A stretch of DNA of 64,000 bases from Verrucomicrobiota bacterium (GTDB lineage Bacteria > Verrucomicrobiota > Verrucomicrobiia > Limisphaerales > AAA164-E04): assembly GCA_047947115.1 (NCBI GenBank), contig CP170459.1, positions 3,488,001-3,552,000 on the forward strand. Direction: 5' to 3'. The stretch's first letter is position 1; every line of letters begins with the position of its first letter. This document shows, one piece after another, positions 38,301 to 46,740 of this stretch. The translations under genes were made by a program, and so were the position numbers. Below the pieces are notes generated by a model. That model saw nothing but the letters and a program-made list of their open reading frames with translations, was not told the DNA's origin and ran no database searches.

Positions 38301-39549
38301 ATTGCAGGCCTCATTGGCGTCACTGCCATCCGAGCTTCAGATGGCCGATTGGCAATCCATTCCTTCCGAATGGACCGAGCCAGTGCAGGCCTCCGGAACC
38401 CGCATGAGTTTTCGATTGATCCAGCCTGATTTTCGGATTCAGTGGAACCTGCAACGACATGAAGTCGCGCGCTTGTTGCCCGCACAGGTCGGGAAGGTCG
38501 ATCTACGTTCCGTGGTCTCGGACAATGGAACGATATTAACAGAGATTCGCATGGAAATGCAGCCGGGAGACAAGAGCCTGTTGCCAGTTGATTTGCCTGA
38601 AGGCGGCGTCTTCTGGTTTGCTTTGGTGAATGGAAGCAGTATCTGGCCATGGGAATCGGAAGGCCGTATTTTGATTCCCCTGGAGGCGGCATCCAATCCG
38701 GACGAACCAACCGTTGTGGAATTTCTCTATGCCGAGCGGCTTGGCGAACCCGGCGCGGAGCAATTGCGTTTTGATATGAAAGGTCCGGAATTTGATCTGC
38801 CTTTGGAAAATGTGACCTGGCAGGTGTTTCTGGATGAAAAATGGCACATGCACCGTCATGATGGTTCTTTGCAATTGATCGACTCTTCTGCCAGATCCGT
38901 TTCCGCGAAAATGGATTGGCAACAGTATTTCCAGAACCAATCCCTGCAACAACAGGCACAATCCCGGACGGCGGAACAGTTTCTAAATCTAGGGAATCAG
39001 TTGCTGGAGTCGGGAGACCCGCGGTATGCACGCAAGGCCTTTGAACGAGCTTATGGCTTGTCCGGACATGATGCCGCCTTCAACGAAGATGCCCGCACAC
39101 AACTCCACAGCCTGAAAACCCAGCAGGCGTTTCTCGGGTTGAACTTTCGCAACAATTACGTTCAACACCAATCGGGCGCGCCCAATCAGATGAGCTGGGC
39201 TCAAAACCTGGCGGATGAAAAGATGCAGTTCAGTCAGGAAGATGTGGAGCAGTTGATCGTATCCAATGGTGACGAAATCAATGCCGCGTTTACCAGTCAG
39301 GCCGAACGCATCATCCGGCAGCAGGAAGCGGCGATTGAGAAGCCAGAGCTGTTGCGGACAACCTTCCCGCAGCATGGAAAGGCCTACACCTTTCAGCAAT
39401 CCATCCAGGTGGAAGACTGGTCGGATCTGGTTTTGTCCATCGACGCGAGAAAGGTCAGCGAGGGAACCGGGTTGGGAATGAAGATGTTGCTGCTGATGTG
39501 CCTGACGGGATTTGTCGGGATGGTACTGCTTGTCGGGCGGCCTCGATGA
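32395..39549 (+). CDS. Giant (2384 aa) repetitive membrane protein with a LysM domain
   Basis: RBS AAGGA before ATG 32395; signal peptide (...LNAFA); LysM HEVKAGDNLWQIAERYRTTVAKLVRLN; central cluster of hydrophobic helices; C-terminal TM. Confidence 0.85.
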   Translation: MKRSGNTIKFTFGLLGIMLLLSGLNAFAAEARLAGLDIDGSSKSNQWVIRADIEPLAEAKEPAVVSLDQQIHLDIRSDKATGTCHLEATAIKGDLSHLELSIHGQGEVISVEVEGMLYWSVRSDSEKGRLLVIQMPPSEEPRTRLSGVIRVEQKFEPWTGATYWEPLRLSLVNEGVSGGYISLTGGADLQVESGRVSGLVPIELQHVRPWLKSQIKTPAKKDRHYRFLQSDYDLNLTLRRSDPDQRSVVVDGFRLNGTWGQDAVAFHFMGNVQVKEPGGASLHLLGGDAALLDVVQSEGAEIKYLEPIYHEVKAGDNLWQIAERYRTTVAKLVRLNELPDHRILVGQRLLAPGPNGETGYVAQYKDPGTYPLEFKFLAHITSRDGTQSMQFTTVPSVLRPVHMFQMPKDVQLDPMTTLVAGSSKDDGQENVFFASADGPIVLKVQQDFSKENSRLFFAAESWEEVLVSPGLMRQSVLYQMDIMQGEMSEVLFQVAGDGEIISVESPQLFGWELESTGDENIRLLKLKLNELQSEGFQVRITAQSSLGTFPASAKPVRLSPLEATRYGGWIRIANSGAVRLEVAQPIGLSQISPDQFRLPSVPRGAFSEVGNQVFAYRFASVGHEFEIRADNIIPEIGVSELLIYHVGLADMSIEAEFELNVRDAPIREVEIRGPASFALSGIQASQLADYFVGDADEDGNVILKLQFSQPFIGRRVVQLVLEQNNPVAPGPWVLPSLRVVAAKSTRGNLAVTADDGLRVQPAQISGLAEMPAGFFPRQLNSIQSAFRLRDPEWNAQFTIERLDQSVQADVLHLYTIGEGLAYGSSVMHYFISGAPLSVFEVELSDDYFNLEFTGRDVRDWVKSEAGYTVYLHKPVSGAYTLLASYERPFNALGETLAFSGVRPSDAQSEQGYTIITSAYQFRVNPVSVSEALKSLEPAEVPAEHRLFIDAPILGAYHYTSLPVELQLELQPLTQGKTLDLVVDRASIKTHVSASGEMITDATYFIKSQGNAMLPIRIPEEARLWSVSVNQKTVAPIQVEGGYQIPIAFEQRPDALQSVQIKWAARSERPDRLTVETAAVGVPVVLAEWVIEPDPGRFIQFRNGSLQPLVTPRDVSGWVALQRVLKGHGSRGSDQLIQLMLAMGLGAVAIFVWWYARTSDPVSGRIKFWSGAILGVAALMASLFILKGVAQPVLATDMTEEKASIEFLAPVLGADASLTVSLDHLDQHRASSHYGLRFWLVLGIVFWLVGLVMGASFRRTLLWVASWLLVFGASLSRDFGWSGFVFWLGGFYLLHIALPWLWALYRHSKSKVATAGVLFLMTFQPVDLSAQDTLPLYSTGGSATRLEQSLVVKGEQVVVDAQLKWQTRGPANLNFLTEPAILKSIEWSGGQGKVFQGEFNGQRTHSFAAEEAGEFLLTFRYEVRTQGGDSSAGFTLPTPAALIHQVTALVVGKEVDLTCVQAVSTSSKITGKGDSEIRMLLSPSRAVRFQIQPRVRDARREEPVFFAEWNHLILPTAGMVEGFHTVSVRLSQGELSMARIQMPEGWTVAEVAGPGSEGWRFDPELGALSVPLNPPQQRSFLISLRSQLAGEPLPYSSDVRLPSLQAAEREIGMVAAASLADVQLVDIKAASLSEIRLEDFSDNMRQLAGRSLNELPMMRKAYRYSGGEPVLTVTADVVSPDLRVVTRQTLSLGEDRSVLGVDCDLTITRAGLFRLDFPMPANLDVESITGQALSHWTEADQDGMSVVTLHFRDKTIGRTDLQMSFAGPGPQVGSTWQVPRIRFANASKQTGRLTLSTEQGMRLQVESSDGAIQLDPEELGMGNKDAVVFRLLHQDWSIGFDVEQLPPWIQVDGFQFVRLSEGRGEVQTRLKYHVKNAGVRGFRLALPALAEGVRFQGEHISDYISSPLDGDTDRLEWHLELDRRVIGEYSVTVFYNLPVETNAEIWAFSGDVALDARLQRGYVALGLEGRLQASLASLPSELQMADWQSIPSEWTEPVQASGTRMSFRLIQPDFRIQWNLQRHEVARLLPAQVGKVDLRSVVSDNGTILTEIRMEMQPGDKSLLPVDLPEGGVFWFALVNGSSIWPWESEGRILIPLEAASNPDEPTVVEFLYAERLGEPGAEQLRFDMKGPEFDLPLENVTWQVFLDEKWHMHRHDGSLQLIDSSARSVSAKMDWQQYFQNQSLQQQAQSRTAEQFLNLGNQLLESGDPRYARKAFERAYGLSGHDAAFNEDARTQLHSLKTQQAFLGLNFRNNYVQHQSGAPNQMSWAQNLADEKMQFSQEDVEQLIVSNGDEINAAFTSQAERIIRQQEAAIEKPELLRTTFPQHGKAYTFQQSIQVEDWSDLVLSIDARKVSEGTGLGMKMLLLMCLTGFVGMVLLVGRPR

Positions 39550-39555
39550 GTGGTC

Positions 39556-39593
39556 AAAAAAAGGAGCCGGCATTGAAACTCCGGCTCCTTTTT
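39556..39593. terminator. Bidirectional intrinsic terminator
   Basis: AAAAAAAGGAGCCGG-N10-CCGGCTCCTTTTT between convergent genes. Confidence 0.88.
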
Positions 39594-39617
39594 GGAAAAC
39601 GTGGCTTTGGCAAGGCT

Positions 39618-40601
39618 TTATCCGCCGACCTCTGCGCGGGCTTCGGCCGCCAGCGGGGTGCTGAGGTAGCGCTCGCCGGTCGAACAGGCAACCGTGACGA
39701 TGGTCTTACCTTTGTTCTCGGGGCGACGTGCCACTTCCAGCGCTGCCACCACATTGGCTCCGGTACTGATGCCCACGAGCATGCCTTCTTCTTTGGCCAG
39801 GCGTCGGGCCATGGTGAATGCGTCGTCGTTGCTTACCTTGACGCACTCGGTGATTTGTGGTTCTCCGTTTTCACCTTTCAGGTGGAGGTTGCCAGGAATG
39901 AATCCGGCACCTGTACCCTGGATTTTGTGAGGCCCCGGGGTCAGATCCTGACCAGCCAGTGTCTGGCTGATGACAGGGGAGTCGGCGGGTTCGACCGCGA
40001 TGGCCTGGAATTCGGGTTTTCGTTGTTTGATGACCTCCATGCAACCGGTGATCGTGCCTCCCGTGCCCACCCCAGCCACCAGGATGTCGACGGCGCCGTC
40101 GGTATCCGCCCAGATCTCCTCGGCAGTGGTTTTTCGGTGGATTTCCGGATTAGCGCTGTTTTCAAATTGTTGGGGAATCCAGGAATTGGGGGTGGTCTCC
40201 GCCAGTTCCTGGGCTTTTTCAATGGCTCCTTTCATTCCCTTTGGACCGGGAGTCAGTACCAACTTGGCGCCCAGCAGTGCCAGGAGGGTGCGACGTTCCA
40301 ACGACATGGTCTCCGGCATTGTAAGGATCAGTTGGTATCCTTTGGAAGCCGCAACGAATGCCAATGCGATACCAGTGTTGCCGCTGGTGGGCTCGATGAT
40401 GATGGTGTCCTTGGTTAAAACACCTCGACGTTCCGCATCCTCAATCATGGCCATGCCGATACGATCCTTGACACTTCCCAGAGGGTTGAAGAATTCGCAT
40501 TTCAGAAGCACTGTGGCATCAATACCTTCAGTTACTCTGTTTAGTTTGACCAACGGGGTGTTGCCGATCGTCTGGACAATGTTGTCGTAAATTTTAGCCA
40601 T
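39618..40601 (-). CDS. cysK: Cysteine synthase A
   Basis: [21 protein letters not shown] (PLP lysine), [37 protein letters not shown]. Confidence 0.97.
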   Translation of the reverse strand: MAKIYDNIVQTIGNTPLVKLNRVTEGIDATVLLKCEFFNPLGSVKDRIGMAMIEDAERRGVLTKDTIIIEPTSGNTGIALAFVAASKGYQLILTMPETMSLERRTLLALLGAKLVLTPGPKGMKGAIEKAQELAETTPNSWIPQQFENSANPEIHRKTTAEEIWADTDGAVDILVAGVGTGGTITGCMEVIKQRKPEFQAIAVEPADSPVISQTLAGQDLTPGPHKIQGTGAGFIPGNLHLKGENGEPQITECVKVSNDDAFTMARRLAKEEGMLVGISTGANVVAALEVARRPENKGKTIVTVACSTGERYLSTPLAAEARAEVGG

Positions 40602-40609
40602 TTGGTTTT

Positions 40610-40667
40610 CCTTAGTTTATGGAGTCAAAAGATGAGTAAATTGTATTTTTCCATAAAATAGAGTCAA
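40610..40667 (-). promoter_or_regulatory. Sigma-70-like cysK promoter with a candidate operator pair
   Basis: TTGACT (40667-40662), 16-nt spacer, TACAAT (40645-40640). Inverted pair TCCATAAAATAGAG (+, 40650-40663) and TCCATAAACTAAGG (-, 40623-40610). Confidence 0.5.
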
Positions 40668-40749
40668 TCTTCAAAAAAATCCCTCTGTCCCTCCGGATGG
40701 TTCTTCCCGGAGGAAGGTTGCGCATCCAGGGATACAGAGTGGACAAGAC

Positions 40750-41655
40750 ATGGGAAATATTCATCATGGGGCCGTGAAGATTTTATTTTTGCATGCTCAT
40801 TTTGATGACTATGAGTTTACCGCCTCAGGCTTGTTTGAGTTGTGGAGGAGAAAGCTAGGGGACGAACTCCGGGCACGAGTGGTTGTGTGCACCGATGGCA
40901 GGGCGGGACATCATTTCAGGTCACCAGAAGAAACGACCGAGCTTCGGATTTCTGAACAACTCGCTTCGGCAAAGGCGGGGCAGTATGAATTTCAATCCCT
41001 GCGCCTGCCTGATGGCTCGATTCCAAGAGAGGCTTGCCTCCTCGTGACACGCGATCTGTTGGCCGCACTTTGGAAAACCATACGTGATTTTGAACCGGAT
41101 TACCTTTTTTGTCCCCCATTGCCTGCCGATCCGATGGCCGGAATTCATGTTGATCATGTGGCCGTGGCGGAAGCTGTTCGCAAGGTGGCTTACATGATCA
41201 ACGTGCCACACGCCTTTCTGGAGGAATATCCTGCCGAAGTGGGAAAGGCCAAACCCTGCAAGGTGCCGGTGATTTTGAATACATTTGACTGTTACATGGC
41301 AGGCGCCAATGCACTCGATTTTGTGGTGGATGTGGAAGACGCTTTCGAATCCATCTGCGAAATGACCTGGTGCCACCAAAGCCAGATCATGGAATGGCTT
41401 CCTTGGGTGGGGAGGCATAAAATGAGTCCGCCTGAGTCGTTTGAAGAGTGGAAGCACATTTTGCGGGACCGGTTTGCCCGGCAAAACCGGGAGTTGGGTG
41501 TTCCCGGGTCCCAGGCTTCCGAAGCTTTCATGGTGACTGCCTGGGGGGAGGTGCCCACCAAAGATCAGATCATGGCGGATTTTCCGGGGATCAACCCGGT
41601 ATGGAGTCCGTTTGGGAATTTGAGCAAGTTTGCCAGCGTACATCACGAGGAGTGA
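40750..41655 (+). CDS. PIG-L/LmbE family deacetylase
   Basis: ILFLHAHFDDYE, TDGRAG, R..EQ..SA, HVDH, CHQSQI motifs. Confidence 0.85.
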   Translation: MGNIHHGAVKILFLHAHFDDYEFTASGLFELWRRKLGDELRARVVVCTDGRAGHHFRSPEETTELRISEQLASAKAGQYEFQSLRLPDGSIPREACLLVTRDLLAALWKTIRDFEPDYLFCPPLPADPMAGIHVDHVAVAEAVRKVAYMINVPHAFLEEYPAEVGKAKPCKVPVILNTFDCYMAGANALDFVVDVEDAFESICEMTWCHQSQIMEWLPWVGRHKMSPPESFEEWKHILRDRFARQNRELGVPGSQASEAFMVTAWGEVPTKDQIMADFPGINPVWSPFGNLSKFASVHHEE

Positions 41656-41726
41656 ACGATCCTCTTGATGGCAATCTTTACGCTGGTGAGTGAGGAATCT
41701 GCGTATTACGATGCCCGCGTTCACCT

Positions 41727-42647
41727 ATGAAAACTTCACGTCGACAGTTTATTCGAACTCTGGGAATGGCAGGGGCAGGGTGTACGGTTGCTCCGGGACT
41801 CTCTTTCGTACTGCATGCCCAAATGTCCCGCAAGAACATGGATCCTGACTACGTTGCTGACGACGGTCCGGTGCGGCATTCGGTGATGGGATGGTGTTTT
41901 AATCCGATGCCTCCGGCCGAACTGGCCCGCAAAGGCAAGGCCATGGGGCTTTCCGGAATCGAAGGCATTCCTCAGTCAGCCTATCAGGACGCCATGAAGG
42001 CTGGTTTGAAGATTTCTCTGGTCTCGGGGGGGCATGGATTCAGGGAAGGCCCGTGTCATCCACAGTTCACCAACAAAGTGGTGGATGGTTTGACCAAAGC
42101 CATTCATACCGCTGCTGATATTGGCGCCAGGAACGTGATCACTTTTACAGGTATGCGCTACGAAGGCATGGATCCCACGCGTTCGGCCCGTTTATGTGTG
42201 GAGACCTGGAAAAAAGTATTGCCCATCGCTGAATCCAAGGGAGTCACGCTGGTGCTCGAGCACCTCAATTCAAGAGACAGTTCGCATCCGATGAAAGGGC
42301 ACCCGGGTTACTTTGGGGATGATGTGGATTTTTGTGTCGAGTTGATCAACGAAATTGGATCAGAGCATTTTAAACTTCTGTTTGATATCTACCATGTATC
42401 GGTCATGAACGGGGATGTCATCCGTCGTATCAGGAGATACCATCCGGTTATCGGGCATTATCACACCGCAGGCAATCCGGGCCGGGGGGAGCTGGATAAC
42501 AATCAGGAAATCAATTACCCGGCTGTTATCAGGGAAATCCTCCGAACCGGCTACGAAGGATTCATCTCTCACGAATTCATCCCGACCTGGGACGATCCCA
42601 TGGCGTCCTTGCGTCATGGGATTCAGGTCTGTGATGTGCGGATCTGA
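41727..42647 (+). CDS. Tat-exported hydroxypyruvate isomerase-like TIM-barrel protein
   Basis: SRRQFI Tat signal, LEHLNS, FKLLFDIYH, HYHTAGNPGRGELD, QEINYP, HEFIP. Confidence 0.88.
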   Translation: MKTSRRQFIRTLGMAGAGCTVAPGLSFVLHAQMSRKNMDPDYVADDGPVRHSVMGWCFNPMPPAELARKGKAMGLSGIEGIPQSAYQDAMKAGLKISLVSGGHGFREGPCHPQFTNKVVDGLTKAIHTAADIGARNVITFTGMRYEGMDPTRSARLCVETWKKVLPIAESKGVTLVLEHLNSRDSSHPMKGHPGYFGDDVDFCVELINEIGSEHFKLLFDIYHVSVMNGDVIRRIRRYHPVIGHYHTAGNPGRGELDNNQEINYPAVIREILRTGYEGFISHEFIPTWDDPMASLRHGIQVCDVRI

Positions 42648-43040
42648 CGGGGTCACGCTTTTGCAAGCGCGGCAACGCAGCTGCGATTCCTTGGGCAAAG
42701 GGCTAGTGCTGGGATTTTCCCGTTTCATCCCTGCCCAGAAAGTGACGTGCCAGTAGCAAGGCTGATACGGGGCACAAGGCGGCGATCAATAAGATGATAA
42801 TGGTAGTAAGGTCCATGGCTGCAAATGTTCAGGATTTGATGTCTATGATACCGCCCCGATTTGGCACGGGGCGGTGTGAGTCTCTTGCATAGCATTACCA
42901 CTATGGGGTTGGGCTCCACATAATTTGTCAAGCTGTTGCCTTTTGTTGGCGTGGATCGATTGCGTTTTTCGTATTGCGTTATTCAAGTTCTTTTTGCAGA
43001 GATTGTTCAGCCAACATTCCATTCAGCCGAATATAAAATT

Positions 43041-43871
43041 ATGAGTATTGCCTTAGATCAAGTTTTTCATCCGACCGATTTTTCTGAAGGAAATCAATCT
43101 GCCATGGCGCATGCGTTGAGGTTGGCGCAGTTGGCGCGTGGGGAATTTTCCGTGCTGCACGTCACCGAGCCAAACACGGATGTCGAGTGGGGAGCTTTTC
43201 CTCCTGTCCGCAAACTGCTGCAGCAATGGGGGCTGTTGGGGGAAGGAGCCGAGCATGAGGATGTGGTTCGGCTTGGATTGTTGGTCAAGAAAGTGGTGAG
43301 ATCCGGCAAAAAGGCCGTGCCGGTCATCAGTAAATATGTGGCCGATCATGAGCCTGATTTGATTGTTTTGTCTACTCATCAGCGGAAAGGCATGGCGAGA
43401 TGGCTAAGCGACGCCACTGCCGAACCTATCGCTCGATCTTCCAAAGTGGCGACCTTGTTCGTGCCACGACAGGTCCATGGTTTTATTTCCAAAGAAACCG
43501 GAAACATCATGCTCAAGCGCATCCTGATCCCCATTCATCATGCCCCCATGCCTCACGGAGCCGTGGAGGCTGCGGTTCGGCTGGCCGAGATTTGTGAGTG
43601 TGATGATGTCGTCCTTACTACTCTTTATGTGGGGAAGGAAGGAGACCAGCCCTCTGTGGAAATACCGCTCAGGGATGGTTGGCAGGTTGAACACCTCGTC
43701 AGGGAGGGGGATGTCGTGGAAGATATTCTTTCCTGCAGCGAAGACAATCACGCCGATTTAATCGTGATGGCAACACAAGGGCAAAACGGGTTCCTCGATG
43801 CTCTGCGTGGAAGCACCACTGAACAGGTGCTCCAACAGGCCAAATGTCCATTGCTGGCCATACCTCGGTAA
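43041..43871 (+). CDS. Universal stress protein (tandem Usp domains)
   Basis: HPTDFS, DLIVLSTH, ADLIVMATQG...LRGSTTEQVLQQAKCPLLAIP. Confidence 0.9.
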   Translation: MSIALDQVFHPTDFSEGNQSAMAHALRLAQLARGEFSVLHVTEPNTDVEWGAFPPVRKLLQQWGLLGEGAEHEDVVRLGLLVKKVVRSGKKAVPVISKYVADHEPDLIVLSTHQRKGMARWLSDATAEPIARSSKVATLFVPRQVHGFISKETGNIMLKRILIPIHHAPMPHGAVEAAVRLAEICECDDVVLTTLYVGKEGDQPSVEIPLRDGWQVEHLVREGDVVEDILSCSEDNHADLIVMATQGQNGFLDALRGSTTEQVLQQAKCPLLAIPR

Positions 43872-44038
43872 GATGAGTCGGTTTGTCACCTTTTGTTCGG
43901 TGGTCGTGTTGTCTTTTCGGCATGCAACAATAACTGATCATCGAATAACAAAATAGTGTAAGACACCTTCACGCGCTCAGATCAACCTATGGGCATCAAA
44001 GTGAGTGCCACTTCTCTTTAACCGGTCCTTTCAGATGG

Positions 44039-46546
44039 TTGAAAGGACCGGAAGCCGAGGGGTACAGTCACTCGATGATGCCAATGTCGTTGATTGCTTC
44101 AGCAGAAAACAGCAGCACCACCACTGAAAGGAGTGGTGAGTCTGTCCTGTGCTTTCATTGTGGCACACCTTGTGCCGATCACCAATGGGATCACCAGGAC
44201 CGGTCTTTCTGTTGCCAGGGTTGCCGGATTGTCTATGACCTGCTGAATGAGAACGGCCTGAGCAGTTTTTACCGTATCCAGCCTCAATCGGGCGTAAGAG
44301 TTGAGGCGGGAGCCGATTCGGATCGTTTCGCGTATCTTGATGACGCTGTTGTGCTGGATGCCTTGCTGGACTATCATCAGGGCCGGCGGGCAAAGGTTAC
44401 TTTTTCAATTCCTTCCATTCATTGCGTGGCCTGTGTGTGGTTGTTGGAGAACCTTTATCAATTGGGCACCGGGGTGGGTGAGTCCAAAGTCAATTTCCCG
44501 CGCAAGGAGGTTCGCATCAATTTTGATCCCACAGTTCTTAAATTAAGCGAACTTGTCCACCTGCTCACCCGGATGGGTTATGAACCTGAGTTGACCTGGT
44601 CGGATGTTTCAGGGAAGACTGGCAAATCTCGCTTTAAACGCATCCACCTGCAGGTTGGGATAGCGGGTTTTGCCTTTGGGAACATCATGTTGTTCAGTTT
44701 TCCGGCTTATGCGGGAATGAACCAGTTGGACGGTCATGGTTTTCATGCTTTTTTTGCTTGGCTCGGGGTGTTGGTTTCTGTGCCTGTTTTGTTATACAGC
44801 GCGCTTGATTATTGGAAAGCCGTCTGGAACTGCTGGAGCAGGCGCATGTTGACCATTGAATTTCCCATTGCCATGGGATTGGTGGCTCTTTTCGGGCAGA
44901 GTCTTTACGAAATTTCAAGCGGGACCGGGGATGGGTATCTGGATTCATTTTGCGGACTCGTGTTTTTTCTGTTGTGCGGAAGATTGTTTCAACAGAAGAC
45001 CTATGATCGCATGTCGTTTGATCGGGATTTCCGTTCCTTTTTTCCGTTGTCCGTCATTCGCCTGGAAGAAAACAAAGAACGAACTGTGCCTGTTTCCTCG
45101 GTTCAGATTGGCGACAGGGTCCTGCTCAGGCACGGCGACCTGGTTCCTGCTGATGCCCGGTTGCTGGCTGGGGAAGCGGTCATGGATTACAGCTTTGTCA
45201 CAGGCGAATCCGATCCGGTGGAATGCCGGGAAGGTGATAAAGTTTATGCCGGAGGTCGACAAAAGGGGGGGCGAATGGAAGTGGAAATCATCAAACCCGT
45301 TTCTCAGAGCTACCTGACTTCGCTTTGGAATCAGGACGTGTTTAACAAAGCGGGGAGGGGGATGCTTCAGTCGATTACGGATCGAATCAGCCGCTATTTC
45401 ACTGTTGCCGTGGTCGGAGTTGCAACCGCTTCGGCTGCCTATTGGGCGGTGGTTGATTCCGGGAAAGCTTTGAATGCCTTTACTTCGGTTTTGATTGTGG
45501 CTTGTCCCTGCGCCCTAGCTCTGGCGGCGCCTTTTGTTCACGGGGCGGCGCTGCGGCTTCTGGGGGCCAGGGGGATTTTTGCCCGGAATGGAGAGACGCT
45601 TGAGGCTGTGCCGACCACCGACACGGTGGTGTTTGATAAAACGGGCACCTTGACCCAGTCCAGTCAAAGCACAATCATTTTCGATGGGGAACCTTTGAGC
45701 GACAAGGAAGCCGCATGTCTCGATTCCCTGGCAAGGCATTCCACCCATCCTCACTGTCTGTCCATTGCCTCTTTTCTGTCCGAATTCAATGTTTACCCGG
45801 AACCGGTCCGGTCCTTCCTCGAGACGAGTGGGAAGGGGATTGAGGGAACGGTGTGTGGAATGGAAATTTGGATGGGAGCGGCCGCTTGGTTGGAGTCTCG
45901 TCAGGTGAATTTGCCGGACGACATGGAACGGCAGGGTTCTGTTGTGCATGTCGCCGTTCAGGGAGTTTATCGTGGCAGTTTTCGCATGACGGCACCCTAT
46001 CGGCCCGAGATTGATCATATGTTGGAAAGGATAGGGAGAAGGCGGAAGCTGGCATTGCTTACCGGGGATCGTGATCGGGAAGCGGTTCGGCTGGCCGAAT
46101 TGTTGGGGGGGGATACGCCCTTGCTGTTTGAACAGTCGCCGCATGACAAGTTGAACTATGTGAAATCCCTTCAGGAAGCCGGTCGGCGGGTGTTGATGGT
46201 CGGGGATGGATTGAATGACTCCGGAGCTTTGAAACAGAGTCATGTGGGGGTTGCCGTTTCAGAAGATGTCGGACGATTTACTCCCTCCAGTGATGTGATC
46301 ATCCGGGCGGACAGGGTGAAGGATTTGGAACGTCTGGTTCGGTTTTGCGGGGGGATGACTCGGGTTATCTACGCCGCTTTTGCGATTTCGGTCTTATACA
46401 ATTTGTTGGGTGTGACATTCGCTGCCCGAGGTCTTTTGTCACCACTTATCTGTGCGGTACTGATGCCTCTCAGCAGCATAACGGTCGTAACCTTTGCCTG
46501 TTTCGCGACGAAATGGCAGGGGCATAAAGCAGGATTAACGAAATAG
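44039..46546 (+). CDS. ccoI: cbb3 oxidase-associated heavy-metal P1B-type ATPase CcoI/FixI
   Basis: CFHCG, CCQGC, HCVAC, TGES, ACPCAL, DKTGTLT, GDGLND; directly upstream of ccoS/ccoNO. Start uncertain (TTG 44039 or ATGs near 44075). Confidence 0.92.
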   Translation: MKGPEAEGYSHSMMPMSLIASAENSSTTTERSGESVLCFHCGTPCADHQWDHQDRSFCCQGCRIVYDLLNENGLSSFYRIQPQSGVRVEAGADSDRFAYLDDAVVLDALLDYHQGRRAKVTFSIPSIHCVACVWLLENLYQLGTGVGESKVNFPRKEVRINFDPTVLKLSELVHLLTRMGYEPELTWSDVSGKTGKSRFKRIHLQVGIAGFAFGNIMLFSFPAYAGMNQLDGHGFHAFFAWLGVLVSVPVLLYSALDYWKAVWNCWSRRMLTIEFPIAMGLVALFGQSLYEISSGTGDGYLDSFCGLVFFLLCGRLFQQKTYDRMSFDRDFRSFFPLSVIRLEENKERTVPVSSVQIGDRVLLRHGDLVPADARLLAGEAVMDYSFVTGESDPVECREGDKVYAGGRQKGGRMEVEIIKPVSQSYLTSLWNQDVFNKAGRGMLQSITDRISRYFTVAVVGVATASAAYWAVVDSGKALNAFTSVLIVACPCALALAAPFVHGAALRLLGARGIFARNGETLEAVPTTDTVVFDKTGTLTQSSQSTIIFDGEPLSDKEAACLDSLARHSTHPHCLSIASFLSEFNVYPEPVRSFLETSGKGIEGTVCGMEIWMGAAAWLESRQVNLPDDMERQGSVVHVAVQGVYRGSFRMTAPYRPEIDHMLERIGRRRKLALLTGDRDREAVRLAELLGGDTPLLFEQSPHDKLNYVKSLQEAGRRVLMVGDGLNDSGALKQSHVGVAVSEDVGRFTPSSDVIIRADRVKDLERLVRFCGGMTRVIYAAFAISVLYNLLGVTFAARGLLSPLICAVLMPLSSITVVTFACFATKWQGHKAGLTK

Positions 46547-46551
46547 AAACG

Positions 46552-46713
46552 ATGAGTGTTGTTTACATACTTGTACTGGCCAGTCTGGTGATTGCATCAG
46601 GTTTTCTGGCGGGCTTTATCTGGGCGGTTCGATCCGGTCAGTTCGAGGACACCTGCACTCCTTCCATGAGGGTGCTGAACGATGAGGAATGTCATGGGAA
46701 TTTGGATACATAA
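46552..46713 (+). CDS. ccoS: cbb3-type oxidase maturation protein CcoS/FixS
   Basis: Below the ORF-track cutoff; translated by hand as MSVVYILVLASLVIASGFLAGFIWAVRSGQFEDTCTPSMRVLNDEECHGNLDT. Confidence 0.9.
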   Translation: MSVVYILVLASLVIASGFLAGFIWAVRSGQFEDTCTPSMRVLNDEECHGNLDT

Positions 46714-46740
46714 ACATTGGGAACAAGAATACTAAAGAAA

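Noticed and set aside
42850..42875. GC-rich hairpin ACCGCCCCG-N8-CGGGGCGGT upstream of usp
   Set aside because: Isolated, with no U tract and no second copy seen; insufficient evidence for a function.
43925..44010. FNR/CRP box upstream of ccoI
   Set aside because: Only ATCAA half-sites are visible; there is no convincing TTGAT-N4-ATCAA palindrome.
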